Shown here piece after piece: positions 1 through 50,501 of a stretch of DNA of 64,000 nucleotides. The notes under the pieces are model-generated. The model did no database searches and had not been told where the DNA came from. It saw only the letters and a program-made list of their open reading frames with translations. Numbering within the stretch: position 1 is the first letter of the stretch; each line of letters starts with the position of its first letter. The translations under genes and the position numbers were made by a program. The DNA comes from Paraspadella gotoi (taxonomy: Eukaryota; Animalia; Chaetognatha): NCBI GenBank assembly GCA_051294375.1, contig CM119263.1:11342443-11406442 (forward strand). The letters are read 5' to 3'.

Positions 1-651
1 CGTATTCCTGTAATAAGTACATATAAAAGGAGCTCAAAAAAAAAAATGAATGCTTACTCGATTCTGGGGGAATTATTTGCCTCAGATGATGACAGCGATG
101 ACAGAGCGATGACGAAGACGACGACATCTCATATTGGCGAACAATGATTTTCCCTGTGGCCAAAGAAAATTTCTCATCTCCTTCCCTTTTCTCCTTCTTT
201 ATTTTTTTCCCCTTCTTTCTTTTTCTTTCTTCTCTTTCCGTCCTCTCTCAAGGTTTTTCATGATTTATGCTTTTCCCCCCAAATCTCATGATCTCACTAC
301 GACGACGACGAAGATGACGACGATCAGAGAAAAATGGATCCTCAGATAGGAAAAAAAAAAGAAAATAAAAAGCGAATTAGTATCGTTTTATTCGTGGGAT
401 TTAGACATGAAATTAAGTGAAAATTATTGAGGAACACGTTTTGGTAATGTTTAACTCTTTAAGAATGAAACGTAAAGAAAAAAAAGGAGAGAAAAAAGAG
501 AGAGAGAGAGAAAAGGGAGTGAGGATGAGAGATTGTTCTTTGGGGATTTATAGAAGTAAGTTAATGACACTAAAAAAGGGAAAGGTGAGGGGAACCTATT
601 CAGAGGAGCAAAGTGCTGTTCCTTGGAGAGAAAAAAACAGGAGAGAAAAAG

Positions 652-764
<113 letters not shown>

Positions 765-809
765 CTGACAGAAGGAAAGAGAGTTGTGGTCTCTGTGGGT
801 GAGAAAGTC

Positions 810-870
810 GACTCTTGGCCGACTCTTGCCAAATCTGGCCAACGCTGGCCAACGCTGGCCAACACTGGCC
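810..870. repeat. 10-11-bp tandem repeat (CTGGCCAACG-like), ~6 copies
   Basis: gactcttggcc gactcttgcc aaatctggcc aacgctggcc aacgctggcc aacactggcc. Confidence 0.8.
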
Positions 871-1437
871 TCTGAGGATCGAATGAGTCTCCGTTTTTGG
901 CCAAAAAGACTCGAAAGTTGAGGAAGAGGTAAATGATAAAAAAAGAAAAGTTATGAAAAAGTGAAGTCGACCTGAAAGGCGAAATAAAACTTAAGGTGGA
1001 AGGTGACATACAACGGAACGTTAAATACGACTTGTAACGGATATTACAAGGCGATTGTCTTCGGACCAATGTCAGTAAACAATGAGAACTAACTGGGACG
1101 TGGAATACGACGTTAAATTCTTCCGAAAAATATTTCGGCTCCGGTTGAAATTTTGCAAATGTCGAAATTAGAAAGTAAGAGCTCGTATGATACGCCGGCC
1201 ATGATTCCTATAACATCATCAACGACTGGGACCCACGGAGAACGGATGCTCACGTTTCAACGACACCATTCAGCTAATACTTCAGTAATAATTCAGTAAT
1301 AGAGAGAATTTTTTTGGCTAGCTTTTAAGTTGACAAAAGCAACTCACGATTGCGCCGGAAATTTGAGAAGGCTCGGCTCTCTCTATATAAAAAAAAAAAC
1401 AAACAAAAACCATGAAATTGTTTTCGCGCCGGTGTTA

Positions 1438-1490
<53 letters not shown>
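1438..1490. repeat. (TCG/GTC)n microsatellite, representative
   Basis: Further runs at 1703-1737, 24188-24216 and 24560-24584. Confidence 0.97.
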
Positions 1491-1491
<1 letters not shown>

Positions 1492-1703
1492 GTAGCCGTC
1501 GAGCGTAAGGTCGAGAGTGACGTCAAGGGTTTTTTCTGCTCAGTTGGCGTCGTCGTCGTTGCGGTGCATCCATTTCTCATTTGTTTATGTTTATTTTACA
1601 TCAGGAGCAACTTAGATAGAACGGTTGTACTCATTGGTTGTAGTAGATGTTGCTTCGTGCTTTATCTTGTAGTCTCGACGATTCCGTAATTTTTATTTTT
1701 TCG

Positions 1704-1738
<35 letters not shown>

Positions 1739-4148
1739 GCGATCTTCGTCCACGTCGCGTTCCCGAAGCATGAAGTCAGTTGTGTGCTCTGCTGATGGAT
1801 ATTTTTAACGCCCCCCAAAAAAAAAGATTTCAATATGATTACAAGTCCATCTTTTAGGTTTTTAGTTATTATAGGCGTCACTTGGGTCGTGCGACAGGTT
1901 TTTTCATGCGACATGTGGACAGGCTCGCAAGGTTTTCTACATGTGTCACGTGACCTTGTGCGCGAGTCTGCTCGGAAAGGAAATTTTGATCACTTAGACC
2001 TGCATTATATCGACGTCGTTGCGATTTCTCCGTTTTGATTTTTGTTTTTGCAGGGGGGGGGGTCGTATAAGGCGGGTGAAAGTGCAAAAGCCGTCGGTGA
2101 AAGTTGTGAAAAATTTTTCTTTCGTGATATTTTAATTTTTTTTCAAAAAACCGACGATTAAAGGCGAGAATACTATTGTGAATAAAGCCATACAGCTGTG
2201 CCGGCTGAGTTGATGTCCATCGTTGATTGAGAGAATGAGAAATTTTCATTCAAGAGAATGAATCGTAAATGTTTAATAATTTTAGTATTTTTAGTAATTA
2301 TTAGTTAATTTTTAAGTAATTTTCAGTAGTTTTTAGCTAATTTTAGTAATTTTTATTAATTTTAGTAGTTTTAGTCGTAATTTTTATTAATTTTTAGTAA
2401 TTTAGTAATTTCAATAGTTTTTAGTAATTTTAGTAAATTTTAGTAATTTTTAAGTAAATTAGTAATTTTCGTTCGTGTCGGCCGGCCCGTTTCGATTTGT
2501 CTTCGTGCGTCTGAAAATTTTTTGCGTACGCCTTGCGGTGACGTGTCGGTAAATTCCGGCGTCTTCTTCCGAGTTGGAGAGAGAATCTCGATTCTTTATT
2601 TCCCTTCATTCGTCTTCACTGAATCCGCGATCGAGGGTCGTCGAAGGTCGTCCGTCCAACTCGAACCGGAAACGGACTCGATGCGTCGCCCGATGGAACT
2701 CGAGCAATTAGATGAATATTTAAATATTGATAGAAATGTTAACTTGACAAATTTGCCGATCAATTTGACGTCAATCTCGACGCCGTCTTCGCCGTAGACT
2801 TTACCGTCGACTTTACCGTAGTTTCGACGTCGTCTTCGTTTTTTGTCGAGGACGTTGGCGAATCTTCGAGCGTCTAATCTCGATAAGGACGTAATATGCG
2901 TTCAATTAATTCAAATGGACGTCTTGCCTTCGTTATCTAGACATGCAAGGGACGAACGGCTTTCCTGTAGTAATCACTTATCCTCTTAACCTTTAATTTG
3001 TTCATAGCCTGAGCGAATTTCAATATCTCTCCGCCATTCTCTCTCGCCAACACCATTCTTCAAAAACAAACGTCCAATCCCGAATTCGAATTTCTGTCCC
3101 CCCCCCCACGAAACAACCTCGTTAATGCCACACAGAAAACTAAACTGTGGTAGTAGTTGCCACTTGCCACTTAAATTTGTTCGCGCTTACTTCTCCACTC
3201 GCCCCATTTCCATGGGAAGTATCTCTCTCTCTCTCTCTCTCCCTTCTCTCTCTTCTCTCTCTCTCTCTTCTCTCTCTCTCACTCTCTCTCTCTCTCTCTC
3301 ATCTCTCTCTGCTCTTCGTCCCACATGATCCTGCGGGCGGGAAGAGAAAAAAGAGCAGGTATTTGCTTCCCTTGGTTTTTATTGGCGGCAATAAAAGCAA
3401 TTTTTGTCGCGCGATTTTTTTTCTCTTGCTTTTTTTTTCGCTGTTTTATGGGATTTTTTTTTCCAGAGGCGCGGTTAGTGGATGACCTACGAGCGGACCG
3501 CGTACTCGATGGAACGAATCGAGAGTTTCTCGTGGTTTCGTGACATTGGGAAGACAGGATTGGGTGCGAGTTGGAGAGGTGGTGCAGACTGGGATGGTTG
3601 ACTGGTTGTGGGGCCTGGATAGTGAGAGCAGAAATGAATGGTAAGAGGGATTACAATTTAATTCACTTTTGTCTCCTCGATCTCGTTTAAAAAAAAACAA
3701 AAAAACGTGCAGTTTTTGATGCGATGAGGAGGCGGCGCTAATCCTCCCGCGCTTCAACATGCTTGACAGCTCACGGTTCACCGAGTTCACTCTTCGTCAC
3801 GCGTGAACACGCTCGCTAAACGGATCACCGGCCAAGAGCGACGTTCCCAGAGGGGCGTGCCGGCGACCGGGCTTTTGAGCTACCCTGACGCCTGATTCAC
3901 CCAGTAACCTAAACGCCCGGCATGCACCTCACCATCACGAGAAAATTGTTTTAACAATAACGATAAGGCTTTCTTTCTTTTCGAAGTCACCAGCACCCAA
4001 GAGTCTCACAAGTCAGTCTCTCACACCCTAACGCCCATTCCCTCCCGCGGTGAACTAGTTTGGTGACTCGTGAAGCAAAAAAATCTCGGCGAGGGAGCCG
4101 TCGCTGGCGTCGCTGGCGTCGCTGGCGTCACCTGGAAAGGGGAATCAG

Positions 4149-40910
<36,762 letters not shown>

Positions 40911-41606
40911 AAAACCAAAACGAAATAGTCCTATCGGCGAATAAATTCTATATTTTATTATAAATATATATACTTTTTTTTTCCGAAAAACGAAAAAAAA
41001 AAATATCACGCCCCGTTATTTTCGCGAAATTGACTTTTTTAATGTTTACAAGGTCCGCGTATGAAATCATTATCACCATATTTTTATTAAAAGATATATT
41101 TTCGGCCAAGTCGGGGATTTGCGCCAGTGACAGTGACAGTGACAGTGACAGTGACAAAAATCTCCGGACGACACTCAAGACTACGTTTTCTTCTCTCGGA
41201 AACAGTCATCAGTATTTTGCATTTTCATTTTCATCACGATCAATTACAAATTAATTCATTGTAGCTTTGAATAAAAAAAAAGTAAAACTTACATGGATAA
41301 TTTATGTCCATAATTAATCAGACCAAATTATTTTCTCACTGTTTATTCATGTTTTAACTTATTGCTACTTTATTTATTGACATCATTGATCTTTACTGTT
41401 TTTATTCGCTTTGAAAACAAAGTTTAAGCAATTCTTTACTACAGCACTTACGCTTTTATGTTTCTTCTGTAAATATAAAAATTATCTCAACCGTTTTTAT
41501 TCTAGTTAATGTACTCGTATTTCATAGATATAATTGGACCTACGATTGCTAGCATATAATGTCTAAGTCGCACTCCACTCAAGTCGAGGCTTCCACGCCC
41601 CCATCT

Positions 41607-41719
<113 letters not shown>

Positions 41720-41986
41720 AGATTTTTTAATGCGAAATAATCCATTTAATGGCGAGAAACGAAAAAATTCTATGGGCCGGTAAAAGCGTCATTCAAACCA
41801 TTAACGTCCGTACGTGAGAAGAATTTATAAAGAAAAATCTATGATTCCGTTGAGACTTTTTTTTGAAAAAGAAAAAAAAATTACCGAATGCATCTGGTGG
41901 TCGTATTTCAACATAACAAAACAGGTGAGTTAGCGGACAATATAACACCCGGGCGGAAAAAATTTAGACCCTCCTCAAGAACTTAC

Positions 41987-42207
41987 CCTCCTCTTCCTCC
42001 TCTTCCTCATCCTCGTCCTCCTCCAACTCTTCGTCGCTGGCCTCCGCCGCCATCGTCTCCACCATGTCCTTGTCGTATTCCTCGAACAGCGCGAGCAGCA
42101 CCGAGGACAGCAGCAGCACCATCATGGTGATCTTCAGCGGCAGGCTCATCGGCAGGTCCTCCTCTTCCCCGTGGGCCGTGGAGCCGCTCAGGTGCGCTGC
42201 GAGGGGC
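41987..42207 (-). CDS. Internal exon of a minus-strand gene: hydrophobic helix followed by an acidic tract
   Basis: ttcctctcag| PLAAHLSGSTAHGEEEDLPMSLPLKITMMVLLLSSVLLALFEEYDKDMVETMAAEASDEELEEDEDEEEEEE G|gtaagt. Strongly GC3-rich codons. Confidence 0.8.
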
Positions 42208-45200
42208 CTGAGAGGAATGAAGGAGAGAGGGGTGTTTAGGAAAGGGAGAGAAAAGCCGAAAAGAAGCCTGGCTCGGATTTACGAGCGATGAAGGCCTGAT
42301 TCCAGGAAATGAAATGATTCGTAAGAAAAGGAAGAAAAGGAAAGTAATAATGCATCGCTTCAACTTGGGATGCATCTCGAAAACATTTTTTTTTCCGTTT
42401 AGATCATTCCATGAAAAGCGACGATCAACTAGGAAAATTAAAATAGAAATATTGAAATGTTGAGATTTTTAATGTTCCTGACTATTTTTAGAATAAGTTT
42501 GTTTGTTTTTATTTTGAACAAATTTGTTGTCTGTAAACAAAATAAACAATTTGACTTTATTCTAATTTCCAACGAAACAAAACGAAAAGCTCGAAATAAC
42601 AATAAATAAATAAATAAATAAATAAATAAGGTATGTCTGGGCCGTGGTCGGGAGTCTGCCCCGCGGCGAAATGTTGGCCCGAGAGGACATGCGAAGCGAA
42701 GGCACGCGCCACGTCTTTCCTCGGCATTGGTTTGATTTGCAGAGAGACTGCGAAATCGTTCAAAATCCACGAAGCGCAGCCTCTTGCGGTAAAGAGAAAA
42801 GAAAGAAAGAGTGAATAAGAGCGAAGGAGTGAAGGAGAGAGAGAGGATGAGACGAGGAGATTAAGGAGAAGAACTGGAGGAGAGGAGGACTAGGATCTAC
42901 GGACGACAGGAGAGGGAGAGATAGAGGAGAGAGAGAACCGAGAGCTGAGAACGAGGATTGATGACGAGATTCTAGAGGAGTGAGAGAGGATGCAACACAT
43001 CTGCTACTAGAGAAAATTAGACACGAAGTTTGCGACTTGTTTTCACATTTTTATAATTCGAGAACGAGTCGAGATGAGAGGTGAGAGTAGGACTGGAGAT
43101 GATGGAGATCATCTGAGGAAAGGAGGAGAGTACAGAAATATTTGGAGAGATACTATAAATAAAAAGAATTCGTCCTGTAGAGTAGGGACGTGGGGATTCA
43201 AAAGTATTTTTTTTATAAAAGAACACCACACGCGAATGAGGGAGGAGAATGATTTTGATTGAAAGAGCAGAATGAACCCGAGAGAACTAGCGAGCGTTAG
43301 TTCTGGTAGTAGACGTACATCTCCATGTAGAAAAAAATGGCTATAAACTGCAACCTAGAATTGAGAAGAATGAAAGGATGTGAATACCGTGATCTTGAAA
43401 AAGAAATTCGTGCTCCTCCGCGGCCTAAAGCTTGACCTTGGTAGAAAGCTTAACCTCCCACTATATACATCACTAAACTGATTCTTTATTAGAAAAAAAA
43501 AAAAGGCCGTAGCCCGCTCGGAATTCGTTGGGCGTTTCATTCTGATGAAAAGCCTGATGATGAAGAAAATGAGCTTAGAATTCTTCGTGAAACGAGAAAC
43601 GGAGCGCAGACAGAGACGCGACTGTGGGAAACGCGAAGAGGAAACTCGCTCGCAGAGAAACTCAAAGTCGGGAAGGGGTTAGGGGGGCGTGACAGAGTGT
43701 GAGGGCTATTTGCTGTAAAGCGGGGCTTCTGGTAATTGTTCTTTTTTTCTTCCGTTGGTTTTTTTAAACCACGAGAGGATGCTCAAGGCAACGGCTAGTG
43801 TCGTGTATGGATTTGAAGACTTGTGCGACACTAATGAATTACGCATGTCGCTTTTTAATGTGGTGTATCTCTGTGGATCAAGGCAGCGATATATATATAA
43901 ATAAACGTTGATTGGCGCGCTCCGTAAGTGTGTGTACGTGGAGAGAAAGATATAAGAGAAAGTGAGAAGAAGAGAGTGAATCACGTGACAGTTTTACGTA
44001 TGTATTATGTGATTGGATTGATTAGTAGATTATGATGATAGTAGTATGCAAGTGTGAGATATGATTGAAGATGGAGAATTGGGATGGTATGGTATTGGAG
44101 TTGTTATTTAGAATTTATTTATTTATTTATTATTATTTATTATATTTATTTATTTATTTAGATTTATTGGGTAGGGGTATTATTATTGTAGGTTGGTATT
44201 TATTTATTTATTGTATTTATTTATTTATTCATTTATTTATTTATTTTATATTATTTATTTATTCTATTATATATTTATTTTATTTAGAGTGTGGTAGGTG
44301 GGTGGTGATTGCTTGTGNNNNNNNNNNNNNNNNNNNNNNNNNAAAAAAAATACGAAAAACATTGACGATATTCTTTTATTTGTTATTCCAGAAAATTCGG
44401 CAAAAAAACTTTTTGATCCCAAAGACANNNNNNNNNNNNNNNNNNNNNNNNNNNNNNNNNNNNNNNNNNNNNNNNNNNNNNNNNNNNNNNNNNNNNNNNN
44501 NNNNNNNNNNNNNNNNNNNNNNNNNNNNNNNNNNNNNNNNNNNNNNNNNNNNNNNNNNNNNNNNNNNNNNNNNNNNNNNNNNNNNNNNNNNNNNNNNNNN
44601 NNNNNNNNNNTCTTCCGCTTCGTGGTTGACGATCGCAGTTCAAATCACATGCGAGGAAGCGTGCGCGCGTGCCTTTCGCATGTGCCTCGGGCACCTTTCG
44701 CGCGCGCTCCGACCGCCCAGACCCCGCCAGCCAGCGCGTGAAATCTTCACGAGCGCGCTCCCCCTTCGCCCGCGCATTGACTTCACGCCCGCGTTAGCGA
44801 GAGGTCGACACGTGTCACGTTTTTTAAGTCGGGGGTTTGAGGGTGATGGAAGGTAAGGAAGGAAGGAGGAAAGGAAGAGGNNNNNNNNNNNNNNNNNNNN
44901 NNNNNNNNNNNNNNNNNNNNNNNNNNNNNNNNNNNNNNNNNNNNNNNNNNNNNNNNNNNNNNNNNNNNNNNNNNNNNNNNNNNNNNNNNNNNNNNNNNNN
45001 NNNNNNNNNNNNNNNNNNNNNNNNNNNNNNNNNNNNNNNNNNNNNNNNNNNNNNNNNNNNNNNNNNNNAGCAGAATCGGGTTCAACAGTGTGAACCTCGC
45101 TTGTCGATGCTGAAGCGTAACTGAAACCCCGCCGTCGGACGCGAGATTTCTGTGTCGCGCTGGAGTTGGCGGAAAGGGAAAGTGGTTAGAGTGACTGAGG

Positions 45201-45902
45201 TGGCTGTAGTGGCTCGAATGAAAAGGAAAAGTGGTTGGAATGGCAAAGTGCTCCAGCACTCAATGGCGGAGTTCGTTCACGAGGAGCACGTGATTAGACA
45301 CTTGACGAGTGAGAGTCGATGACTCGTTGAAAAGGGCGACGCCGATTCCGACCAGATGGCGTCGTTCGAGAGTCCGAGGAAAACCACGCCGAGCGCCGCT
45401 CTTCCGCAAAAGTGAAGCGCGACTCGTGACGCGCGCGCTCGGGAAAAAGGCTAGGGAGACCGGAAGTGGGCGTGGCGTCCACAATCACGACACCTCTCAG
45501 GACGCCGCGTAATGGACTATGTCGTTGGCGCCACCGCGCGCGTCGGTTTTCCGTGGTACGACGTAGGAGGGGGAATCCGCGTTGGGTGAGTTTGGGTGAG
45601 GAAAAGTAGGGTTGGGTGAATGAGGAAACGTTGGGGTTTAAAAGAGATAGTGAGAGCTGTGGATGCGCCGTCGTCGTCGTCATCGCAAGACAGTGATTAA
45701 TACGAACAAACTCTGTTCGCAAATCAGGTTCTCCTTTTTTTCGCTGTTAAACATAAACGATGAAAAATTACTTTTTGACGCAAAGATACCTTTAGACGTT
45801 AGCGCAACTGAATAATTAGTTGTCATAAAAGTTGTATATGGTTAAGTTTTTTAAATTTTTTTCATTTTTTTTGTCATGCCATGTAAGTACATGTATGTCA
45901 AA

Positions 45903-46458
45903 GCGTAGTAAATATATATTAAAATTAGGCAGAATCAAAATTAGAATAGTAGATCTGTGAATATTTTTAAATTAATTTTGTAAAAAAATTTTTGTACATT
46001 ACCTATTTGTAATACTTTATAGCCCGTATTCTAATACTAGTACTATCACCATAGGAAAATGTCGAAATTTTAAAATTTTTATTTTTATTTTTGAAAGCAG
46101 ATTAGAATTTCTCACAAAAATAGTTGATGAAGAAGAAATATAACTCTTTTTAGAAAATTATTTCATTAAGTGAGTCAAAATCTTTAAAACTGTTATAGTT
46201 AACTTAAATTAAATTTTAATTTTTAGGCTAACTTAATGAAAGAGTTTTTTGATTAAACTTTTTTTTTTCTCAACTTTATAAAGAATCTGCTTTCAGAACT
46301 AAGAAAAAATTATTTTAAAATTTTGGACATTTTCAATGGTGTGCATTATAATATAGTATTGAGGAAATTTGAGAAAATTAAAAAAAAAATGTTTCTTTAA
46401 TACAAGAATTTTCATGATCAACTATTCGAATTTCGATCTGGCAACTTTCACACTACGC
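45903..46458. mobile_element. Degenerate AT-rich foldback/MITE-like element (long imperfect inverted arms)
   Basis: Nested mirrored blocks centred near 46195: gcgtagt/actacgc; aattagaatagtagatc/gatcaactattcgaatt; accataggaaaatgtc/gacattttcaatggt; tgaaagcagatt/aatctgctttca; tttcattaagt/acttaatgaaa. Confidence 0.65.
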
Positions 46459-46965
46459 CGTTAATGTATGTATTGGCCTTAATGTATTTTTCTGCGTAGG
46501 ACTGATTTAGGCTTTTCTATGTATTTAACATTGGCCACTGGCCAGCCCTCTTAGTTCTTGTTCCACAAACCACTCAAGGAATCAAAACGATCGAAGTTCC
46601 TTTTAATCTGTCTTTTAATACAGAACTTCAGCCTCCGAATCGGAGGAGCATATACGTTATAACTCAAAAAGTTCGACCTCTCTGCCCTTCAGCCCTTTTT
46701 TCGCGACCTTTGCCCTCGGCCACTGTTCGGTTCGATCATGCCACCGGGGGCTCAGCCGGACTTGTCGCTCTGGCTATCGAAATCGGATTATATTCGTTTG
46801 CGGAAAATATTATTAAGATCATCATAATTTGATATTTATTTTTCGCTCGATGAAGTAAATTTCGTCTTTGACTTTGTTTCAGTAACAACCAAATTTAATA
46901 GATGAAAAGGTTGGAACCAAGCTCAAGCGGTGGAGCGTGCCGAATGCAAGCGAGAACTATGTAGG

Positions 46966-47050
46966 TTTTTAGTTGCGCCGCGAGTACTCGCGGAGCAACT
47001 CTATAAGTCTCTTTTCGGTCGGTAAGTAAGTAATGCGGAGCAACACCTTG
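46966..47050 (+). mobile_element. Mini HINE-like element, copy 1
   Basis: 5' hairpin tttttagttgcgccgcgagtactcgcggagcaactctata and 3' end gcggagcaacaccttg. An inverted homologue lies at 55612-55817. Confidence 0.6.
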
Positions 47051-47448
47051 GAATAACCGTTCCTTGTTTCACATTTATAATCGAGAGGTCAAATATAAAA
47101 ATTGGTTTCAATTTAAAAACACCACATTGATTTTAAGCGCGTTTAAGTAAATCCATTTGCACCAGTGTTTTAAGATTCCTTCGCTGACCTTGAGCCCTCT
47201 TTCTAATTCTTTGAAAAAAAGGTTCATTTCTATGAAAAGCTATGATGAAGAAAATGAGCTAGATTTCTTACGAAACACAACCGCTGACAAACGAAACTCA
47301 GTGAGGCTATTTTGCTCTTAATGTTCTTTTTTCTTCCGTTAAACCACGAGAAGATCTCAAGGTCGTTTGTTTGCTGCGCAAAGAATTACGAGTCGCTTTA
47401 TTGTATTCGGGTCGCGAAAAAAAGCATTGCGCGTTGGAGGGGGGAGGG

Positions 47449-47563
<115 letters not shown>

Positions 47564-48465
47564 CACTTTGTAGTAGTCGAAGACTCCCGCATGACTGGTG
47601 GACCGTGCTTTTCGGTCTTTTCTTTTCCTTCTCCGCCGGAGTTTTTTCTGGTTAAGTTTGTATATCAAAAACTTATCACATGACGTCAGTCTCACATAAC
47701 GATAATTTGTAATTTAAAGGCAACCTCTCAAGAGCAATTAACGACGACCAAAGTTAAAGAGCTAGACCATCGGCGTCGTCAGCGTTAATTTTTCTCTCTT
47801 CCTCAACGAAAAAAAAAATAGTAAAAAAAAACCTCATTAAGCCCCATTAATTTTCTATGAGGTTTGCCGGCATTTAACTTAATTATGCGTTTGACATTCA
47901 ATCCCAAAACGGTTGGGTTTTTACCCCCAATTTGTACAAACAAAAGCTTGGGTTCAAATGTCGTCACGAATTCCCATTTTCCGTTTAACAACGACGCATT
48001 CAAAAAGATGAAAGCATCGCTGGACGCATCGTGATCGTCTCAAGAGGGATGCATCACTATCTCAAGTAAATTACAACGAATTCAGGCCCAGACAGAAAAC
48101 TGAGTTCTTTACTCTATATTTTATATTAGAACTTCATGATTATGAATGATTTCGAGACCATAAACCCCACGAAGCAAAGATCCTGACATAAAAACATCTT
48201 CCTTCAACCGGGACACGAATGAAATAGCGATCCGCCCCGTCTCAGCCGACGCCGCTGAGGCCCGCCGTGGCCCGGGCCCTTGCATAACGCGTCGAGTCAT
48301 TATACCGAGGAGCGTTTAAGGCTTCATTGTTCGAATCGCCCGCGGCCGCGATCCGCCGGGCGTTTTCGAGGCGGCGTCCCCAGGACGGAGCTGGAATCGC
48401 GGTCGCCAATTGTGTTGACGCCATTTGAATAAAAACGAAGCGAATTTTATGCCGGGGAAAAGAAA

Positions 48466-48541
<76 letters not shown>

Positions 48542-49677
48542 AGAGAGGGGATAAAACAAAGAAAGGGAAACTGGGGTCGTCGGGTGAGCGACAGAAAAAG
48601 AAAGAAAAATGAAAAAATTTAAAAATAAAGGAAGGAAAAACAAAGAAGGGAAGAAAATAAAGAAATAGAGGAAGGCGATGGTGTTTCTCTCAAATCCCCG
48701 GACGCAATGAAGTCGGATATATTTCGTTTTTATTCGTCGTTGGAGACGCGAGACGACGCAGACTGGATTCGCGCCTTTTTCAATCATCGACGTCGCCACT
48801 GAAGCTCGGCTTCGTCTTACTCCTTGCCGAATCCTACCCGTTGTCATTGTCATTGGAAGCGTTGTCATTATTGTCGTTAATTCTTTTATTCGCTTTTGAC
48901 TTCATCAATGTCATTGATTACTTGACGATTTCATCATTATCATCGTTGTCATTCATTCAATTATTACTCGTTGACTTCATTGTCATAGGTTTCCTATATT
49001 ATTTTTTTTCAGTCGACTCTCCTCAATGTCGATAATCTTTGTCATTCTCATCGTTGCTCGTCGACGTCTTAGTCATTCGCTTTGTACGTAGCATTGATGC
49101 TCGTTAGCGTCTTCGCTCTTGTCATCGTTATCCGCTAACGATCGCGACGCTTTCATTGTCGCTTTCATCGTCGAGCGCTATTGTCCTCTCACGAGCCGTT
49201 TTATGTCAGAGATTCGCGTTGATGTCACGTTGATGCTACAATCGGAAAAAAATATTGGAGCTTTACCGTCGCTTCATCGGTTTCGCCGTCGTTGTCCTTC
49301 GGCGTCAAACCGCAGTTCGAATTCTACTTTTTGGTAAGACGAGCAAGACTCCAGACGAAAGCTCATCCGCTCACGCTTTTCAGTTAATCGTTTTCCTTAA
49401 CGGGTCCTCCCCAAGCGTCGATTCACTAGGAAACCGAATGCGAGTGAATTCAGAATTCGACAAAGAAGACGACGACGAAGACGAAAACTAAATTTAATAA
49501 ATGGCGAAGTTGGTGCAGCGTTGAGAAGAACCGGAAGCTAAATCCCGAAAAGTGGAGGCAATTAATACTAGATAGCAGATATTGAGATATTTGTGTTATT
49601 GTGTTATTTGTGATGCTCAGTTTATCCTTTTAAATGATAATGCAAAAAAAAGAAAATGAGACAATGAGAACGATTAC

Positions 49678-49733
49678 CTTAAACGCAGACTCAGAATAAA
49701 ATGAGATTCGAGTCATTTTGTCGGGAGAGGAGA
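49678..49733 (-). CDS. Probable small internal exon of the minus-strand gene
   Basis: ctcccctttcag| (V)SSPDKMTRISFYSESAFK |gtaatc. Phase 1 in, matching the 55836 donor, and phase 0 out. Confidence 0.45.
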
Positions 49734-50400
49734 CTGAAAGGGGAGGGAGGAGTGGTAAAGAGAAGGGATTTAAAGTAAAATGTTATCAAATTAGTAAAAT
49801 GTAAAAATTATCAATTAAATTAATAAATAAGCTATATTGCCACTGACTTTGGATAGTCTATGGTCTATGGTCTCCATCCCTCTTACAACATGATAACTTT
49901 GCAGGATCCTAAGTACCTTCAAGCTTTCAATCGAGAATCTCTCAGTCTTGTTTATTCACTGTAAAATTGAAGAAGAGGTGAACAGATGATGAGTAGATGA
50001 AATCCAGAGCTGTGCAAATGAGAAGAAATGTAGAGTAGATGAAGAGTTGAGCAAATGATGAGAGGAGAAGCCGAGGAACCAAAACCGATTTGAGTTCAGC
50101 TTCCGCCCAAAGTTGTTGGGGAAGAGAATTCGACTCGGAAAGGAACTCATTTCGTACCACTTTTAATTCCGTCAGCCTTTTCGGCGAGAAAGTCAGACTT
50201 CCGCCCCCCCTCCTTTCCTTTCCTTTCCTTTCCTTTCCTTTCCTTTCCTTTCCTTTCCTTTCCTCTACTCTCTATCTTCGCTGTGGTCTGACGAATCCCA
50301 ATTCCATCCCCCAATATTAATCGCAGTCTTTCAGACGTTTTTCTGTCGACTCTCTCTGTCGCTTATTCTCCCCGCTTGCGATCCTCAACCTTCTCTCTCT

Positions 50401-50442
<42 letters not shown>

Positions 50443-50456
50443 CTCTCTCCTCTCTC

Positions 50457-50501
<45 letters not shown>

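Noticed and set aside
1835-2038. ORF with a signal-peptide-like start (MITSPSFRFLVIIGVTWVV...) as the LRR first exon
   Set aside because: No convincing donor joins it to the LRR frame, and the segment ending at 4219 already supplies the LRRNT CxC in the right phase.
46624-46832. Possible alternative + strand terminal exon (acceptor ttttaatacag)
   Set aside because: Two frames are open but neither gives a recognisable motif, and nothing links it to a gene.
48242-48424. Short GC-rich minus-strand ORF MASTQLATAIP..., and the similar island at 18140-18310
   Set aside because: No splice-phase link or domain. More likely non-coding GC-rich islands.
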